Assembly: GCF_020745735.1 (NCBI RefSeq)
Contig: NC_083435.1
Coordinates: 35,198,121 to 35,262,120, forward strand
Direction: 5' to 3'
Length of the DNA stretch: 64,000 bases
Origin: Hemiscyllium ocellatum
Lineage: Eukaryota
Each line of letters opens with the position of its first letter. The first letter of the stretch is position 1. A program made the position numbers and the translations under genes. A model generated the notes under the pieces. That model did not search any database. It worked only from the letters and a program-made list of their open reading frames with translations, and had not been told where the DNA came from. Below, piece by piece: positions 12,823-24,990 of this stretch.

Positions 12823-13730
12823 CTACCTATTTGCCGCCGTCACAAACTGATTAATTGTATTAGCACAATATTTCATGGCATTCCTCAGCTCCTCCCTGAA
12901 TCTTGCTTGTGTAAGCGCATACATGCAGGTGCTTGTAGAGCAGTTCAGAACCCTAAGCATGCGCGAGGTTTCATTGACAATAGCAAATGGATCATTAAAG
13001 TCCCGGTAAAAGTAAGTGTTCGTGATTCGCGAAAACAGGAAGAGACCAACTGTCGCCATCCAAAGGATGATGAAACTTGCTGAGGCAGCAAAGAGTAACA
13101 TCAGCGCTCTCCTCCGACTTTGCATCTCAGGGTCTCCCGCTTCTCCTCCACTTCCCCGAAATCCCCGCCGGATCTGACTAGCCACAAGTACATGCCTAAT
13201 AGTCAGGAGGTTGAGCAGAACCACGCACACGTAGGGGACCAAGGGAGTTAAAATAGTGTGGAGCCAATAGAAAGCTCGCCACGCGGGAGATGTGTCAATG
13301 TTGGGATTTGTCTTACAGCCAAACTCTCTGTTATTCTGCACATGGATGGGTAGAATTGCAAAGTAATAGGGAAGGTTCCTGGAGTAGGTCAGGAGGTAAA
13401 CAAGTGTAACTACCAAAACCGCGCACTTCGGGGAGCAGTATATTCTTCTGACTCGCTGGAAGCAGATGATGACGAATCGATCGAAGGTGAAGGACACTGT
13501 TATCCAGACCGAGCAGTCAATCACGGCTGCGATCATGATCGAGATCAGACGACAACCGAAGGTATAGAGATAAAAGACATGCTGGAAACGCGGGAGAAGG
13601 ATGCGGTAGAGCAGAACATAGAAGATTAGGACCAGCAGATCGGCCGTGGACATGGACATGAGGTAAATTCGAGTGCTCCGGGACAGACCGCAGTCTCTCA
13701 GTTGCAGAGTCAGAAATATGACCGCATTTG
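12823..13730 (-). CDS. GPCR-A exon 2: GPR139/GPR142-like class A GPCR (rest of TM1 through the stop)
   Basis: Acceptor cttctcttccctctag|CA AAT GCG (phase 1) gives ANAVIFLTLQLRDCGLSRSTRIYLMSMSTADLLV...SFTFDRFVIIC...LWMAT...NCSTSTCMY. 908 nt, open to the stop. Confidence 0.93.
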
Positions 13731-13939
13731 CTAGAGGGAAGAGAAGAGGAAGAAGATTAGAAAAGACAGTCTCGGGAGCTTTGCGAATATCAAGGTCTGT
13801 AGATCATCCCGCAGCATCAAACATTCCTTACACTTGCAATTCCGTCAGAACTGGGACTCTGCAATTCTCCATCCTGGTCCAAAATTGACACCAATCCCTC
13901 AGCTGCAGGGAATCTAAACGCTGGGACTGATGGAAACAC

Positions 13940-15420
13940 GTTTAACATCCTAGATTCATAGAATCCCTCCAAAATGGAAGCAGGCCAAACGGCCCACTGA
14001 GTCCAGACCAACATTCCGAAGATCATCCCATCCAGACCTATGCCCAATATCGTCTCCCGGAAACCCTGCATTTCCAATGCTTAGTCCAAATACCCTGCAT
14101 GTTCCTGAAGTATGGGGGCATGTTGGCATGGCTTGTACACGTGACCGCACATCTTCGCATTCTAAAACCAAAAATAGACCTTTCAGCATTTCGAGCCTTC
14201 TCCCTATACAACTTGATAATGGCTAATCACCCAAACTTCCCGCAATGCTTCTTTTCCTTTCCGTCTTTCCCTCCAAAAAAGCTGAGTACCAATGGATATT
14301 CATTTCCTATCCTTTATCTCACTGTAGCCATGTCTCTGTATCCCATATGTATTTTACCTCTGTTTTATCTGTTTGCAAGTCTTGTTTTTGTAAATGCTCT
14401 ATACATTCAGGGTCAAGGCTTTAGGTTTTGTCCACTTAACATTGTTAGTCCCACGCACAACATTTTCCACTATGCTCTTGTTTGATTCTGAACTTTGACT
14501 TCGCTGCCTCTCACTTTTCTTATTTCTGGCCCTTCTTGTCTATCCTACCCTTTTATACCATTCGCTGTAAAAAGAAAACACATCTCATTCATCTCAGTCT
14601 TCGATGACCTGTCTCATATACTTAACATGTGCTGCCTGGTACTGCATTTCCTCGCCATCCAAAATATCCTTCCTATATGGACCTGGACAACATAGGTTCT
14701 TCTAGGTTTCTATGAGATTTACCACCTCCGCCCATTCTTCCAAACTGCAGTGCACAGAATCCTAACCAATATAGTTTACGCCATTCCAGCATCAGTCATA
14801 TAAATATTTGTTGTAGTTTTGCCATAGGCAGAATATCTTCCACGACAAGAAGACGAAGTATGCGACATTTCAAGTGTGGTATCAGCAAGAACTTGCACAA
14901 CTGCAGTAAAATATGCCTGTCACTGTTCTTGAATCCTGTCGTTCTGAAAGCCAGCATCCTTGCCGAATTCACTGATTTTCAGCAGTTCTTTTACAAGGGC
15001 ATCCTGGTCTCCTTGCGCGTCCGCTCTCAAAATTCACATAATAATTTGTCTTCCTATTGTTGATAACAAATTATTCGCATTACACTTCATCATGCATTTC
15101 CCAACTCATGTAACTTGTCAAAATCATGCTGAAACATCATTACATCCTCCTTACAGTTCAACTTTCCAACGAGCATTGCACCGTTTGTAATTTGGAAGTA
15201 TAACAGTTGGTTTCCTGATGCAGGTCACTCACGTAAATTAGGAATAGCGAGGATAAAATCATTAATTCCTGCCTTGTTTTGATGCTCGGTAGTGGTATAA
15301 GGAAAATTGCACCTTTTGTCCTTCTTGTTTCATGATTGGGGAACCAGTTCTCTAAACACGTCAGTGCATTGCCTCCAGTCCCATTCGCTTTAATTTTGCA
15401 TGTTCATGCAATCTGTGGGA
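13940..15420 (-). mobile_element. HE1 SINE fragment (~13940-14140) plus a heavily degraded CR1 RT/3' region (~14230-15420) in the GPCR-A intron
   Basis: Reverse complement resembles CR1 RT coding sequence (gtaaggaggatgtaatgatgtttcagcatgattttgacaag...gccacacttgaa). Confidence 0.6.
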
Positions 15421-15619
15421 CTTTATCGAGATCATTCTGGAAGTCTAACCTAACCGTATTCATTCGCTTATCTTATCGACTCTACGAGATACATTTTGCA
15501 ACAGTTGTGGTAGATCTGTCGTGTTGACTTTGAGTATGTGCCAAAGACAAGGTATGCAACAGGTTAACGCTTTCCAGTAACAGTAATATGTGACAACCAA
15601 TTAGTTGCCATTTCATTGA

Positions 15620-15850
15620 AGTGTCAGGATTAGTAATTGGATTAGGATCACGTGTTTGTGGACCAGGTAAGAATGGCAGAATTCTTTCCTGAATGCATTA
15701 GTGAACAGTACCTGATATTTTAACGATTCGATTGTTTGATGGAAATGAAACACCCACAAATGGTTCAATTTCCATAAATAATTGCTGTCGTTGGCAAGCA
15801 ATTTCAAGAGATAATTAATGGCATAGCGTCTTCTTATTTCAGTCATGTAT
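15620..15850 (-). mobile_element. tRNA-headed SINE fragment (same family as 55469-55786)
   Basis: ggaccaggtaagaatggcagaattctttcc...cattagtgaac is the reverse complement of the shared SINE body. Confidence 0.5.
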
Positions 15851-18800
15851 CTGAAGCGGAGACACTCTGTATGCCTGAGAAATTCAACAGGTCCTTAAAA
15901 TCAAAGATGTAACTGCTCGTTCGAGTCATTTTCCAGACGGACGATCACATCAGAGATCAGGTTTTCCAGTCCATTCCATGAAACGTTGGCAATGGGCTTT
16001 GTTTTTTAAAACATCTGTTTCGGAGAAGTTTTGAACATGTTCCGGGGATACCTTTTCCCTGAAACTGAACTGACCCAGCCTTAGAAATGCCATGAAAACA
16101 AAAAACCGTCAGAGGTTGAGAACTCTGGGGTGAGTAACTAAACTGCTCACTATCCAAGACCTGCACAGCACATGTAAGGCAGCATTGTGATGAAATTTGC
16201 GGATGTATGAACGAATATACCCCCAAGTACCTTTAAGAATCTCAATGACATTCAGAAGCCATTTGGCTGGCAGCCCATCAATTTAAACATTCTCTGTCTA
16301 CACCACGAACATAGAGTGGCAGGCATGTGAATACATATTTAAGATGGGGTGTGTGCTTCACTGACAATGGCAGAATATTTTGCTCCTCTCGAATGTTATT
16401 GTACTGAATGGTTTGTTAGCGCCATTTCAGAGTCAGCTGCGTTCCTGTGGATCTAAAATTAAGCCAGACCACTAAAGAAGGCACATTTCCTTCCTTGACT
16501 GCATTCATGAAACAGATGGCATTTTTATTTTCCACAGCGTGGTTTAAGTTCCAAAATTACTTGCTGTTTTAAAGATTTGAGTCCGACGACCCGTCTTCAG
16601 AACTTGCGATCTCTTGGATTCAAACTCAAACACAAACAACCATGGGAAGACAGGTAACAGTTATCCCAATATAAGTGCAGAGGCATCAACAACATTAGTG
16701 CGATTTTAAAACAAACTGCTTCACGGGGAGTACTTTTCTACTTAAATCCGTGATATGCAACATGATTAACTCCACACAGCTCTGAGAGAATTGTCCGAAA
16801 TCAGCAATGGTGAATAAAACTTTCTAATTGACTTTCCTCAAACACTGACTTAACCCACACGCATTTGAATAACAAGCATGAAGACCTCGGTATTGGCGGA
16901 AACAAATATTTGCTGTATTCCTATCCAGCAACGCTTACAATTTCTCAGTACAGGAATCCACAAAATACTTTAAGACAAAATTTTAAAACAAACTCTCCAG
17001 TTTTGAAACACGAAAGATATTTTTTCTCCACTCTGCAGAATGTAGTTATCAGTGAAGTTGGTTGAAATCGTAGTAGTCATCCAAAATCGTTCCTGCTGAA
17101 CTCTCAGCAGTTAAGAACAATGCCCATCGTGCGCTTTTTAATTGCTGTGAGTACCCGCCATCGTTCAATAGATGTCGTTCATATTTTTGCGTTAAGAGTG
17201 CATTTGAGATCTTTCTCAATGGCAATAAACTATCTAAACGTGGATAGCATCAAAAATGTCATCTTTCCCTTCAGACTTTACATCATGGCGCTGTCTCTCA
17301 GGCCTAAGTATTTCAAAGGCAGTTATGTGAATACTCAATCAATATTCATTGCTCAGCCTGCATATCTAAAGCAGATTTTCTGAGCCAGCCAAGAAGACAC
17401 AGAACTGATTGTCGGGTGCTATGACCTCCGGGAATGGAACATTGGAGTGGAAGTCCAAAATATTGCCTATGCACAGGTCGAATGTGAGTTTTGGCGATAA
17501 TTGTAAATCGATAATTCAAGAAAAACCTAAGAATGAATGTTCATCCAATCTAACATGGAGGACAGTATTAGCGAGTTTTGAGAAGATTCCTGGCTCAGAT
17601 TGAGGTTCCAAATGGTGGTTTGTTTTGGCGCTGATTGAAAACTACGTGTAATGTTACATGTATGCGTCCCTCATTCTGGCATCATATAACAGAATTTATA
17701 CTATAGTTTCCATCCGAGCTAGAAATGTCGGATTAATCCTCCGTGCAAGAATCAAATTTATGAAATAAATCGTATCCTGGATTGACGATAGAGGCAGTCT
17801 ATATCGCAGGATGGTTTTACAACTAGGAATACTGCAGCTGTTCAAAGGAGTGTCGGGTTGAATTTGTATTTGCTGCAAACAAAGCAAAAGTCGAACTAGT
17901 AGAGAACGGCATTGCGCTAAAGGGAGCGTTTTTGAAAAGGGCAAGGACATAAGCCAAATAAAGGGAACGAATGTAAGGAAAGAATGCAAAGAGTGAAACG
18001 AAACTACACACGGCAGCACAGAGAAGGAGCCACATCGCCCTGCCAGCTTTGGGACCATTCGGGACTGCAGTAGAATTGTATGAATGCTCTGACTATCGGT
18101 CGATTACATGCAGTACTAGAGTCTCGGTACTTTCTTGGCATCACGTGCAGTGAATTAATTGCTTGAGAGTAACAAGCGATTACGCCAAAATGCATCTTCC
18201 ACTCGGATTTCCGTGTATATCTCAAAATAATTATCCAGTTAGACATCACGTGCATCCAGCGAGGGAAAGTAGTTACATTAAAAACACTAAAATTGCGAAT
18301 GCAATTCTAGTCACCAAAGAGACAACAGTAATACTGAACTGAACTGTTAGTGCCAAAATATTCAGCCTAATGCGATCAGAGTTCCGAATCCTAGATGGGC
18401 ATTTCGTCAATCAGACGGGCCGAAGTTAGACTGAAACATTATAATCTCCGGATGCTTCTGTCTCTTCTGTTCGCTCGGTGAGAGTCACAAGGTTCCCACA
18501 GATTAGAAATTAATCCACAGTTGTAACGACGCTGGCAACTGGTCGCAACAACTGACAAATTGTGTTGGTTACGTTTATTAGAGTCGGCTGTTGGCGAGAA
18601 AGTTACACATTCAATGCAAATTCATCGACGTTACTCTGCCGAATTTCTGCCACCTGTTTTAAAGACAACAATCACCAGCTTTTCGAGGAGAAAGTAGAAG
18701 CTGTCACTACAAGAATGTCAGGAATCGCTTGGAATGTCGAAAGATATCTAAGGGATACTTAGGAGTGTCTTCAAACAAAACATTGACACATCATTCAGTA

Positions 18801-18968
18801 TTACGTTGGCATGAAGACAACTGGTTAACGACCTTGACAGAGAAATAGATATTAGTGGGATCATAAAAGAAGAAAACAAAGTAATTACAGAGTTCAAAGT
18901 TTGTGCAAAGATTTGTAGCTCGGGTGCTTGTTGTAGTGGTTCTGTTCGCCGAGCTGGAAGTTTTTGTT

Positions 18969-19008
18969 GCAAACGTTTCGTCCCCTGGCTAGGAGACATC
19001 ATCAGTGC
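18969..19008 (-). ncRNA. Minimal type I hammerhead ribozyme motif (inverted arm of PLE-2)
   Basis: Exact reverse complement of 20691-20730. Confidence 0.7.
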
Positions 19009-19309
19009 TCTGGAGCCTCCTGCGAAGCGCTTCTTTGATGTTTCTTCCGGCATTTATAGTGGTCTGTCCTTGCCGCTTCCGGGTGTCAGTTTCAGCTGTC
19101 CGCTGTAGTGATTGGTATATTGGGTCTAGGTCGATGTGTCTGTTGATGGAGTTTGTGGATGAATGCCATGCCTTTAGGAATTCCCTGGCTGTTCTCTGTC
19201 TGGCTTGCCCTATGATAGTAGTGTTTTCCCAGTCGAATCCATGTTGCTTGTTGTCTGAGTGTGTGGCTACTAGGGATAGCTGGTCGTGTCGTTTCGTGGC
19301 TAGTTGGTG

Positions 19310-20710
19310 GCCAAAGAACTACAACAGAAACTGAAACACCTGGTCAGCGGATCCAAACACTCCATACAATCAACACAGGAATTCTTGGACGCCATCAGGA
19401 ATACACACATAGACAAAGAAGAAACCATGATCTCATTCGACGTAACGGCACTGTTCACTTCGATTGACAAAACCCTAGCCAGAGAAACAATAGCCAACCT
19501 ACTGGACATACATAACAGAAAACAGGAGGCGGAACCTATCAACAAAGACGGCATACTTAAACTACTGGACTTATGCCTCACTACACACTTTACATTCAAC
19601 AATCAGATATACGAACAAATCAACGGAACACCCATGGGATCACCAATCTCGGGACTCATAGCAGAGGCAGTTATGCAAAGGTTAGAACAAACAGCCCTAC
19701 CACAACTTCAACCCAAACTCTGGGTCAGATATGTCGATGACATTTTCGTATTCATCAAAAGCACGGAAATAGAAAAAACACACCGGATCATCAACGCCAC
19801 ACTCACAGGCATCCGATTCACGAGAGAAGTAGAAAAGGATAGCCAACTCCCATTCCTAGACGTGATAGTACAGAGAACACCGAACGGAGAATTCACCACA
19901 AGGCTCCACAGGAAAACAACACACACAGACCAAGTCCTAAACTATGAAAGTAACCACCCCAACACACACAAACGAAGCTGCATCAGGACACTTGTGAAAA
20001 GAGCTACAACACACTGCAGTGCACCAGAACTGCGAAAAGAGGAAGAGGAACACCTATACAAGGTATTCGCCAAAAACGGATACCCGCGCAACTTTATCAC
20101 CAGATGCCTAAGAGATAGACCACGGAACGAGGACATGCCACAACCAAAAGGACTAGCCACACTACCATACATCAGGAGCGTTTCAGAACTGACAGCCAGA
20201 CTACTGCGACCCCTAGGACTCATAACGGCACACAAACCAACAGCCACGCACAGACAACAACTTACTAGAACAAAGGAGTCAATATCCAACATGAGCAAAA
20301 CTAATGTAGTTTATAAAATACCATGCAAGGACTGCACAAAACACTATATAGGACAAACAGGAAGACAGCTAACAATCCGCATACATGAACACCAACTAGC
20401 CACGAAACGACACGACCAGCTATCCCTAGTAGCCACACACTCAGACAACAAGCAACATGAATTCGACTGGGAAAACACTACTACCATAGGGCAAGCCAGA
20501 CAGAGAACAGCCAGGGAATTCCTAAAGGCATGGCATTCATCCACAAACTCCATCAACAGACACATCGACCTACACCCAATATACCAATCACTACAGCGGA
20601 CAGCTGAAACTGACACCCGGAAGCGGCAAGGACAGACCACTATAAATGCCGGAAGAAACATCAAAGAAGCGCTTCGCAGGAGGCTCCAGAGCACTGATGA
20701 TGTCTCCTAG
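19310..20710 (+). CDS. 5'-truncated but uninterrupted Penelope RT + GIY-YIG endonuclease ORF
   Basis: RT motifs SFDVTALFTSI, QINGTPMGSPISG and YVDDIF, then GIY-YIG VVYKIPCKDCTKHYIGQTGR. No internal stop over ~466 codons. The N-terminus is lost at the inversion junction. Confidence 0.9.
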   Translation, partial: AKELQQKLKHLVSGSKHSIQSTQEFLDAIRNTHIDKEETMISFDVTALFTSIDKTLARETIANLLDIHNRKQEAEPINKDGILKLLDLCLTTHFTFNNQIYEQINGTPMGSPISGLIAEAVMQRLEQTALPQLQPKLWVRYVDDIFVFIKSTEIEKTHRIINATLTGIRFTREVEKDSQLPFLDVIVQRTPNGEFTTRLHRKTTHTDQVLNYESNHPNTHKRSCIRTLVKRATTHCSAPELRKEEEEHLYKVFAKNGYPRNFITRCLRDRPRNEDMPQPKGLATLPYIRSVSELTARLLRPLGLITAHKPTATHRQQLTRTKESISNMSKTNVVYKIPCKDCTKHYIGQTGRQLTIRIHEHQLATKRHDQLSLVATHSDNKQHEFDWENTTTIGQARQRTAREFLKAWHSSTNSINRHIDLHPIYQSLQRTAETDTRKRQGQTTINAGRNIKEALRRRLQSTDDVS

Positions 20711-20730
20711 CCAGGGGACGAAACGTTTGC
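20691..20730 (+). ncRNA. Minimal type I hammerhead ribozyme motif
   Basis: GCA-CUGAUGA-U-GUCUCC(uagcca)GGGGAC-GAA-ACGU-U-UGC: core, stem II, palindromic ACGU stem III and a 3-bp stem I (GCA/UGC). Confidence 0.72.
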
Positions 20731-21181
20731 AACAAAAACTTCCAGCTCGGCGAACAGAACCACTATAATTACAGAGTTGCAGTGAGTTTGGGCAAGTCCA
20801 CAGCTTAGGTCCCATATCGTCGTAGGCCGGGCTGCCAAGGTCTGTATATAGAGAATCCATGGGATCCCCTTTATAGGTGAAGGAGGGGCAGAACTCACAT
20901 CGCAATGCATTCCGAGGCTGGTGCAAAGAGAATTGATAAAGGAAAGAATTAAATTTGGTTTGGCATTTTAACTATAATGGCTTTCCTGCAAAGGGAGCCA
21001 ATATACCTCAGTAAGAACAAGGGTGATACTTGAACAGAACATTGCATGAGTTAGAAAAGTATGGAGAAATTCAAAATCCATCACAGAACATTGAAAGTTT
21101 CTCTGACCTCACAACATGGAGGGTAAAACCCATTAATGCGATTACTGTAGATTCCCGTATTTTAACGGATTAAATATTTAC

Positions 21182-21251
21182 CTGGAATTCCTAATACTAC
21201 CAGAGCACAGTAGAACATGTTGCCGACCTGGAGAATTGGAGCTTGTTCCAT
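21182..21251 (-). CDS. GPCR-A exon 1 (MEQAPILQVGNMFYCALVVLGIP)
   Basis: 70 nt from ATG ending CCA G|gtaaat. Phase 1 joins exon 2 as P-A-N. Same length and phase as GPCR-B exon 1. Spliced CDS is 978 nt (325 aa). Confidence 0.88.
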
Positions 21252-22949
21252 TTTCTCTGTGTTGGTTCAGAAAGAAGTGCAATGCGTCCAAACTGTATCC
21301 ATATATATAAACACACAAACCAACCTCAGTGAAGCAATTCACTTAAGTCCTTGTAGACATCAATAACAATCCATTGAACAAACAGCATGATGACGTTAAA
21401 TACACGGCAACATATTTGCAAGGATGCCAAGCGCATTAATGCAATAAATTATCGAGGGCTTCAAATATCTGATCGCTTTCACCAGAGATTTATTTTTTTT
21501 AAAAAAGATACTGATCTGTTAAACTATAGGAAGTTTTTTTTAAGACTTCAGTCAGTTCTTAGTAGTATTTCAGTACATGACTACATCTGTAGTTATGTCA
21601 ATTTTCTTCAGCATTGCTGTAACTAAAAGCTTTTGTTCTCATACATCGATGGAAAGTGTTGCTATTCATTTATATTCCACACCCTCTCTTCATATGTGCT
21701 CGATTATGTTAGGTTCCCAGCCTCACAAATGCCATTGCCCATGCAGTTCGATTTCATCCCCAGATATCAAAGGCCTGCTGAAGGTGCTGGATACTACAAA
21801 GTGATGGGCACTTACACATACTCCATAAACAGTGCTGAAGACACGCGCTCCAGAACTTGCAATGTCCGGAAACAAGTTGCTCCATTCCAGCTCTAAGAAT
21901 AACACACTTATCAAGGAACAAAACTTCCTGGATACGTTCTAAGCACAAAACGAAGGAAAAATGCAACCTAGCCAATGACTTCTCCACGATATTACTGGTA
22001 AAGTGATGGCAAGTGCCATAAGTGATATCAAACAACACTTGCTCAACAATAAAGTGCACAGTGACGTTCACGTGACATTTCAAAAGTCTCTTTCCGACCT
22101 CCCCTCGTTCCAAATGTGGCCAAAACAGAGATTTCTTTTTATTTCTGAAATTTGGTGTGATTGAATTTGCTTGATATTGTGGCAGCACTTGACCTAGCAT
22201 AGTCTCATGGAGCCCAGGAATATGAGAGTGAATGTGAATCTGGAGGGGATCGCTGTCCTGGTTTCAGTCACACCGGGAACAATGACAAATGGCAGTGGTT
22301 ATTGAAGGTAAACCATGTCAGTTCCAGGAAATTGTGGCAGTGAGATAATGTCCATTCCAGATGTTCTTGGTGTTTCCAACAATGGATCTTTTTTTTTACA
22401 TCATGAGGTCAGAAGTGGAAGTGTTTGCTAAAGACTGTACAATGTTTAGAAACACTCATGATTGTTTTGATACTGAAGTGGTTCGTGTCAACATGCCACA
22501 AGATGTAAACAACATCCAGGCTTGAACTGAGAAGGAACTAGAGCAGTTGCACTGCACTAATGGCAGGCAGTGAGTATCTCTCAGAAAGTCGAATCTAACA
22601 ATTGTCCTTTGATATTTAATGACATTAACACGTCAGAGTAACACACTATCACCTTCCGTGGGACTACTTTTTATAAATATCAGTACTCCCAGCTACAAGA
22701 TCATAACTCTGTCATTTGTGACTTACGCTCTGTTTCTCCAATGACTGTACACCATCCACAAGGTATACGTTGCGACTATAGTGGAGATCATCGTATTATC
22801 CCAGCGAATACAATTCCATTATCACTCACCAAGCTCAATGTCACCCAGGTCAAAGCAGGCATCGTGCATTGCACCCCATAAACATAGCCCTTCAGCCCAC
22901 CATGACTGTGCTGTCCGTGATGCCATTCTAAACAAATCCAAACTGCTTG

Positions 22950-23440
22950 CAGATCCATTCCCTACCTGTTCGTGTGCCTTTCTAAATGTCTCCTAAATGC
23001 TGCTTTCGTATCTGCTTCTACCACCTCCTGTCACTGTCCACGCATCTCAATTTTTTTTCACATTTAACATAAAGTATACTTTCATATGCTTTAATCAGGT
23101 CTCGCCTTCGCCTCCAAAATCTATTGAAAAGAACCTTTTTTTTCAATTAATACACTCCTATCTAGGCAAAACGCTGGTAAACTTCTTCAAAGCCTGCACA
23201 TCCTTCCTATCGAGCCGCGAACAGTCGTACATACAGTGCCCCAGATGTGGTCTGGCTAAAGTTTTACGCAGCTGCAACGTGACGTGTCGACATTTACAGT
23301 CAATGCCCTGGCCTCTGAAGGCATTAATCCCGTTTGCCTTCTTTAACAGCTGGAATACACGTTTAATACATTCTCTATGCTGAGATATCACCTTTTTTTC
23401 AGAAAACCTTTAGCTATCTCGGGAATGTAACTTGCAAGAA
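22950..23440 (-). mobile_element. CR1 3' fragment
   Basis: The ORF at 23158-23391 (RKTLARPHLGHC..DVQALKKFTSVLPR) is CR1 ORF2 C-terminus-like. Confidence 0.65.
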
Positions 23441-23459
23441 GTTCTTGGATTTATGTGTT

Positions 23460-24990
23460 AATGAATCTAAACTGACAACCTGTGCTCCAGAAGGTGCGGC
23501 TGTCCAAGGCAAACTGTTCCAGTACAGTTAGAACACTGGCGGTAACTGACAATATCGGAGAAATCCAACCCAGGCAATTCCCACCCGTTCAGTCGATTCT
23601 CAATCGTCAACAAAGTGGTGGAAGGTGCCGTTAACAGTGCTATCAAGCAGTACCTGCTCAGCAATAATCTGCTCACAGATGCCCAGTTTGAGTTTTGTCT
23701 GGGCCACTCAGGATCTGATGTCATTAAACCTTTCTTCAAATTTTGACAAAAGCACTGAATTCCAGAAGCGAGAAGAGAGTGACACCCTTTGAATTCTATT
23801 GTGGCATCAAGGAGCCCTAACAAAACTGGAATCAATGGGAATCAGGGCAAAACTCTACACTAGTTGTTTTAATGCCTGACGCACAAGAAAATGATTATTG
23901 CCACTGAAGGTCAGTCATCACAAGTCCAGGACATGTCTACAGGAGTTCCTCAGATTAGTGTTCTCGGCCCAACCATCTACAGCTGCTGCATCAATGAACT
24001 TCCTTCCATCACAGGGATGGAATTAGGAATGTTCAGTCATGATTGCACAATATTCAACACCATTCGTGACTTGTCAAATACTGACGCAGTCCATGATGAA
24101 ATGCAGCCAAGCTGGACAAAATGTCGGCTTGATCTCATACGTGGCAATTGATGTTCATGGCAGAGACATGCCACGCAATGACCATCTCCATTACGAGACT
24201 GTACATCTTGATATTCAATGGTGTTACTATCACTGAATACCCAACTGGGAGTTACCATTGACCAGAAACTCTACCAGATTTGTCATATAAATAACTCCAA
24301 AAGCAGGTCAGAGGTGAGGAATATTGCAGCAAATAGCTCACCAGCTCACTCCCATAGCCTGCCCACATCTATAAGGCAGGGATCAGGAGTGTGATGGAAT
24401 ACTCCTACATGCTTGGATGATTGCAGTTCCAACAGCGTGCAAGCAATTTGAAGCTTTCCAAGACAAAGCAGCTCAGTCAATTGGCACCAAATCCACAAAC
24501 ATCCATTCTCCTCACTACCTCACCACAGGTAGCCATGTGTGCTCTTTCCTAGATGCAATTCAGAATTTCACCAAAGATTTTAGACAGCATGTTCCCAACC
24601 AATAACTGCTCCCACATAGAAATGTTGTGGAGGTGCTGATGTTGGGCTCTCATGTGCAAAGTTAAATATCACACAACAATATGTTATAGTCTAACAGGCA
24701 GTGGCCCAAAAGTGTGAACTTGCAAATAAAACTGTTGGACTCTAACCTGGTTTTGTGTGATTTTTAACTTTGTCCACCGAGAAAGATAAGGGCAGCATGG
24801 ATGGTGGAAAACCGCCACCTGAAAGCTCGCCAGCAAGACACTCACCATACTGATTTGGAAATATATCAGCATACCTTGACTGTCATTGGTGCAAAATCTT
24901 AGAATTCCTTCCTTCCAGTTTGTGAAGCACTGCAAGAACACAACACAGCATCACGTGCTCAAGGGCAATAAATGCCGACCAGCCAGGGAT
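23460..24990 (+). mobile_element. L2/CR1-group LINE, RT to 3' end, degraded
   Basis: TGVPQISVLGPTIYSCCINELPS..GMFSHDCTIF (RT motifs). Same family as 41002-43800. Confidence 0.8.

Larger units (their letters stand above)
18895..20765. mobile_element. Young Penelope-like element (Poseidon-type) PLE-2 with inverted arms
   Basis: 376-bp arms 18934-19309 and 20390-20765 are nearly identical. Perfect 13-bp TSD TAATTACAGAGTT at 18882-18894 and 20766-20778. Confidence 0.95.

Noticed and set aside
13657-13659. ATG of the 278-aa ORF as the GPCR-A start
   Set aside because: It lies in TM2. The frame continues upstream to an acceptor at 13731, and exon 1 is at 21182-21251.
16642-16680. atgggaagacaggtaacag as a further GPCR exon 1
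   Set aside because: There is an in-frame TAA after 10 codons, no YYP/GxP TM1 motif, and no suitable donor.
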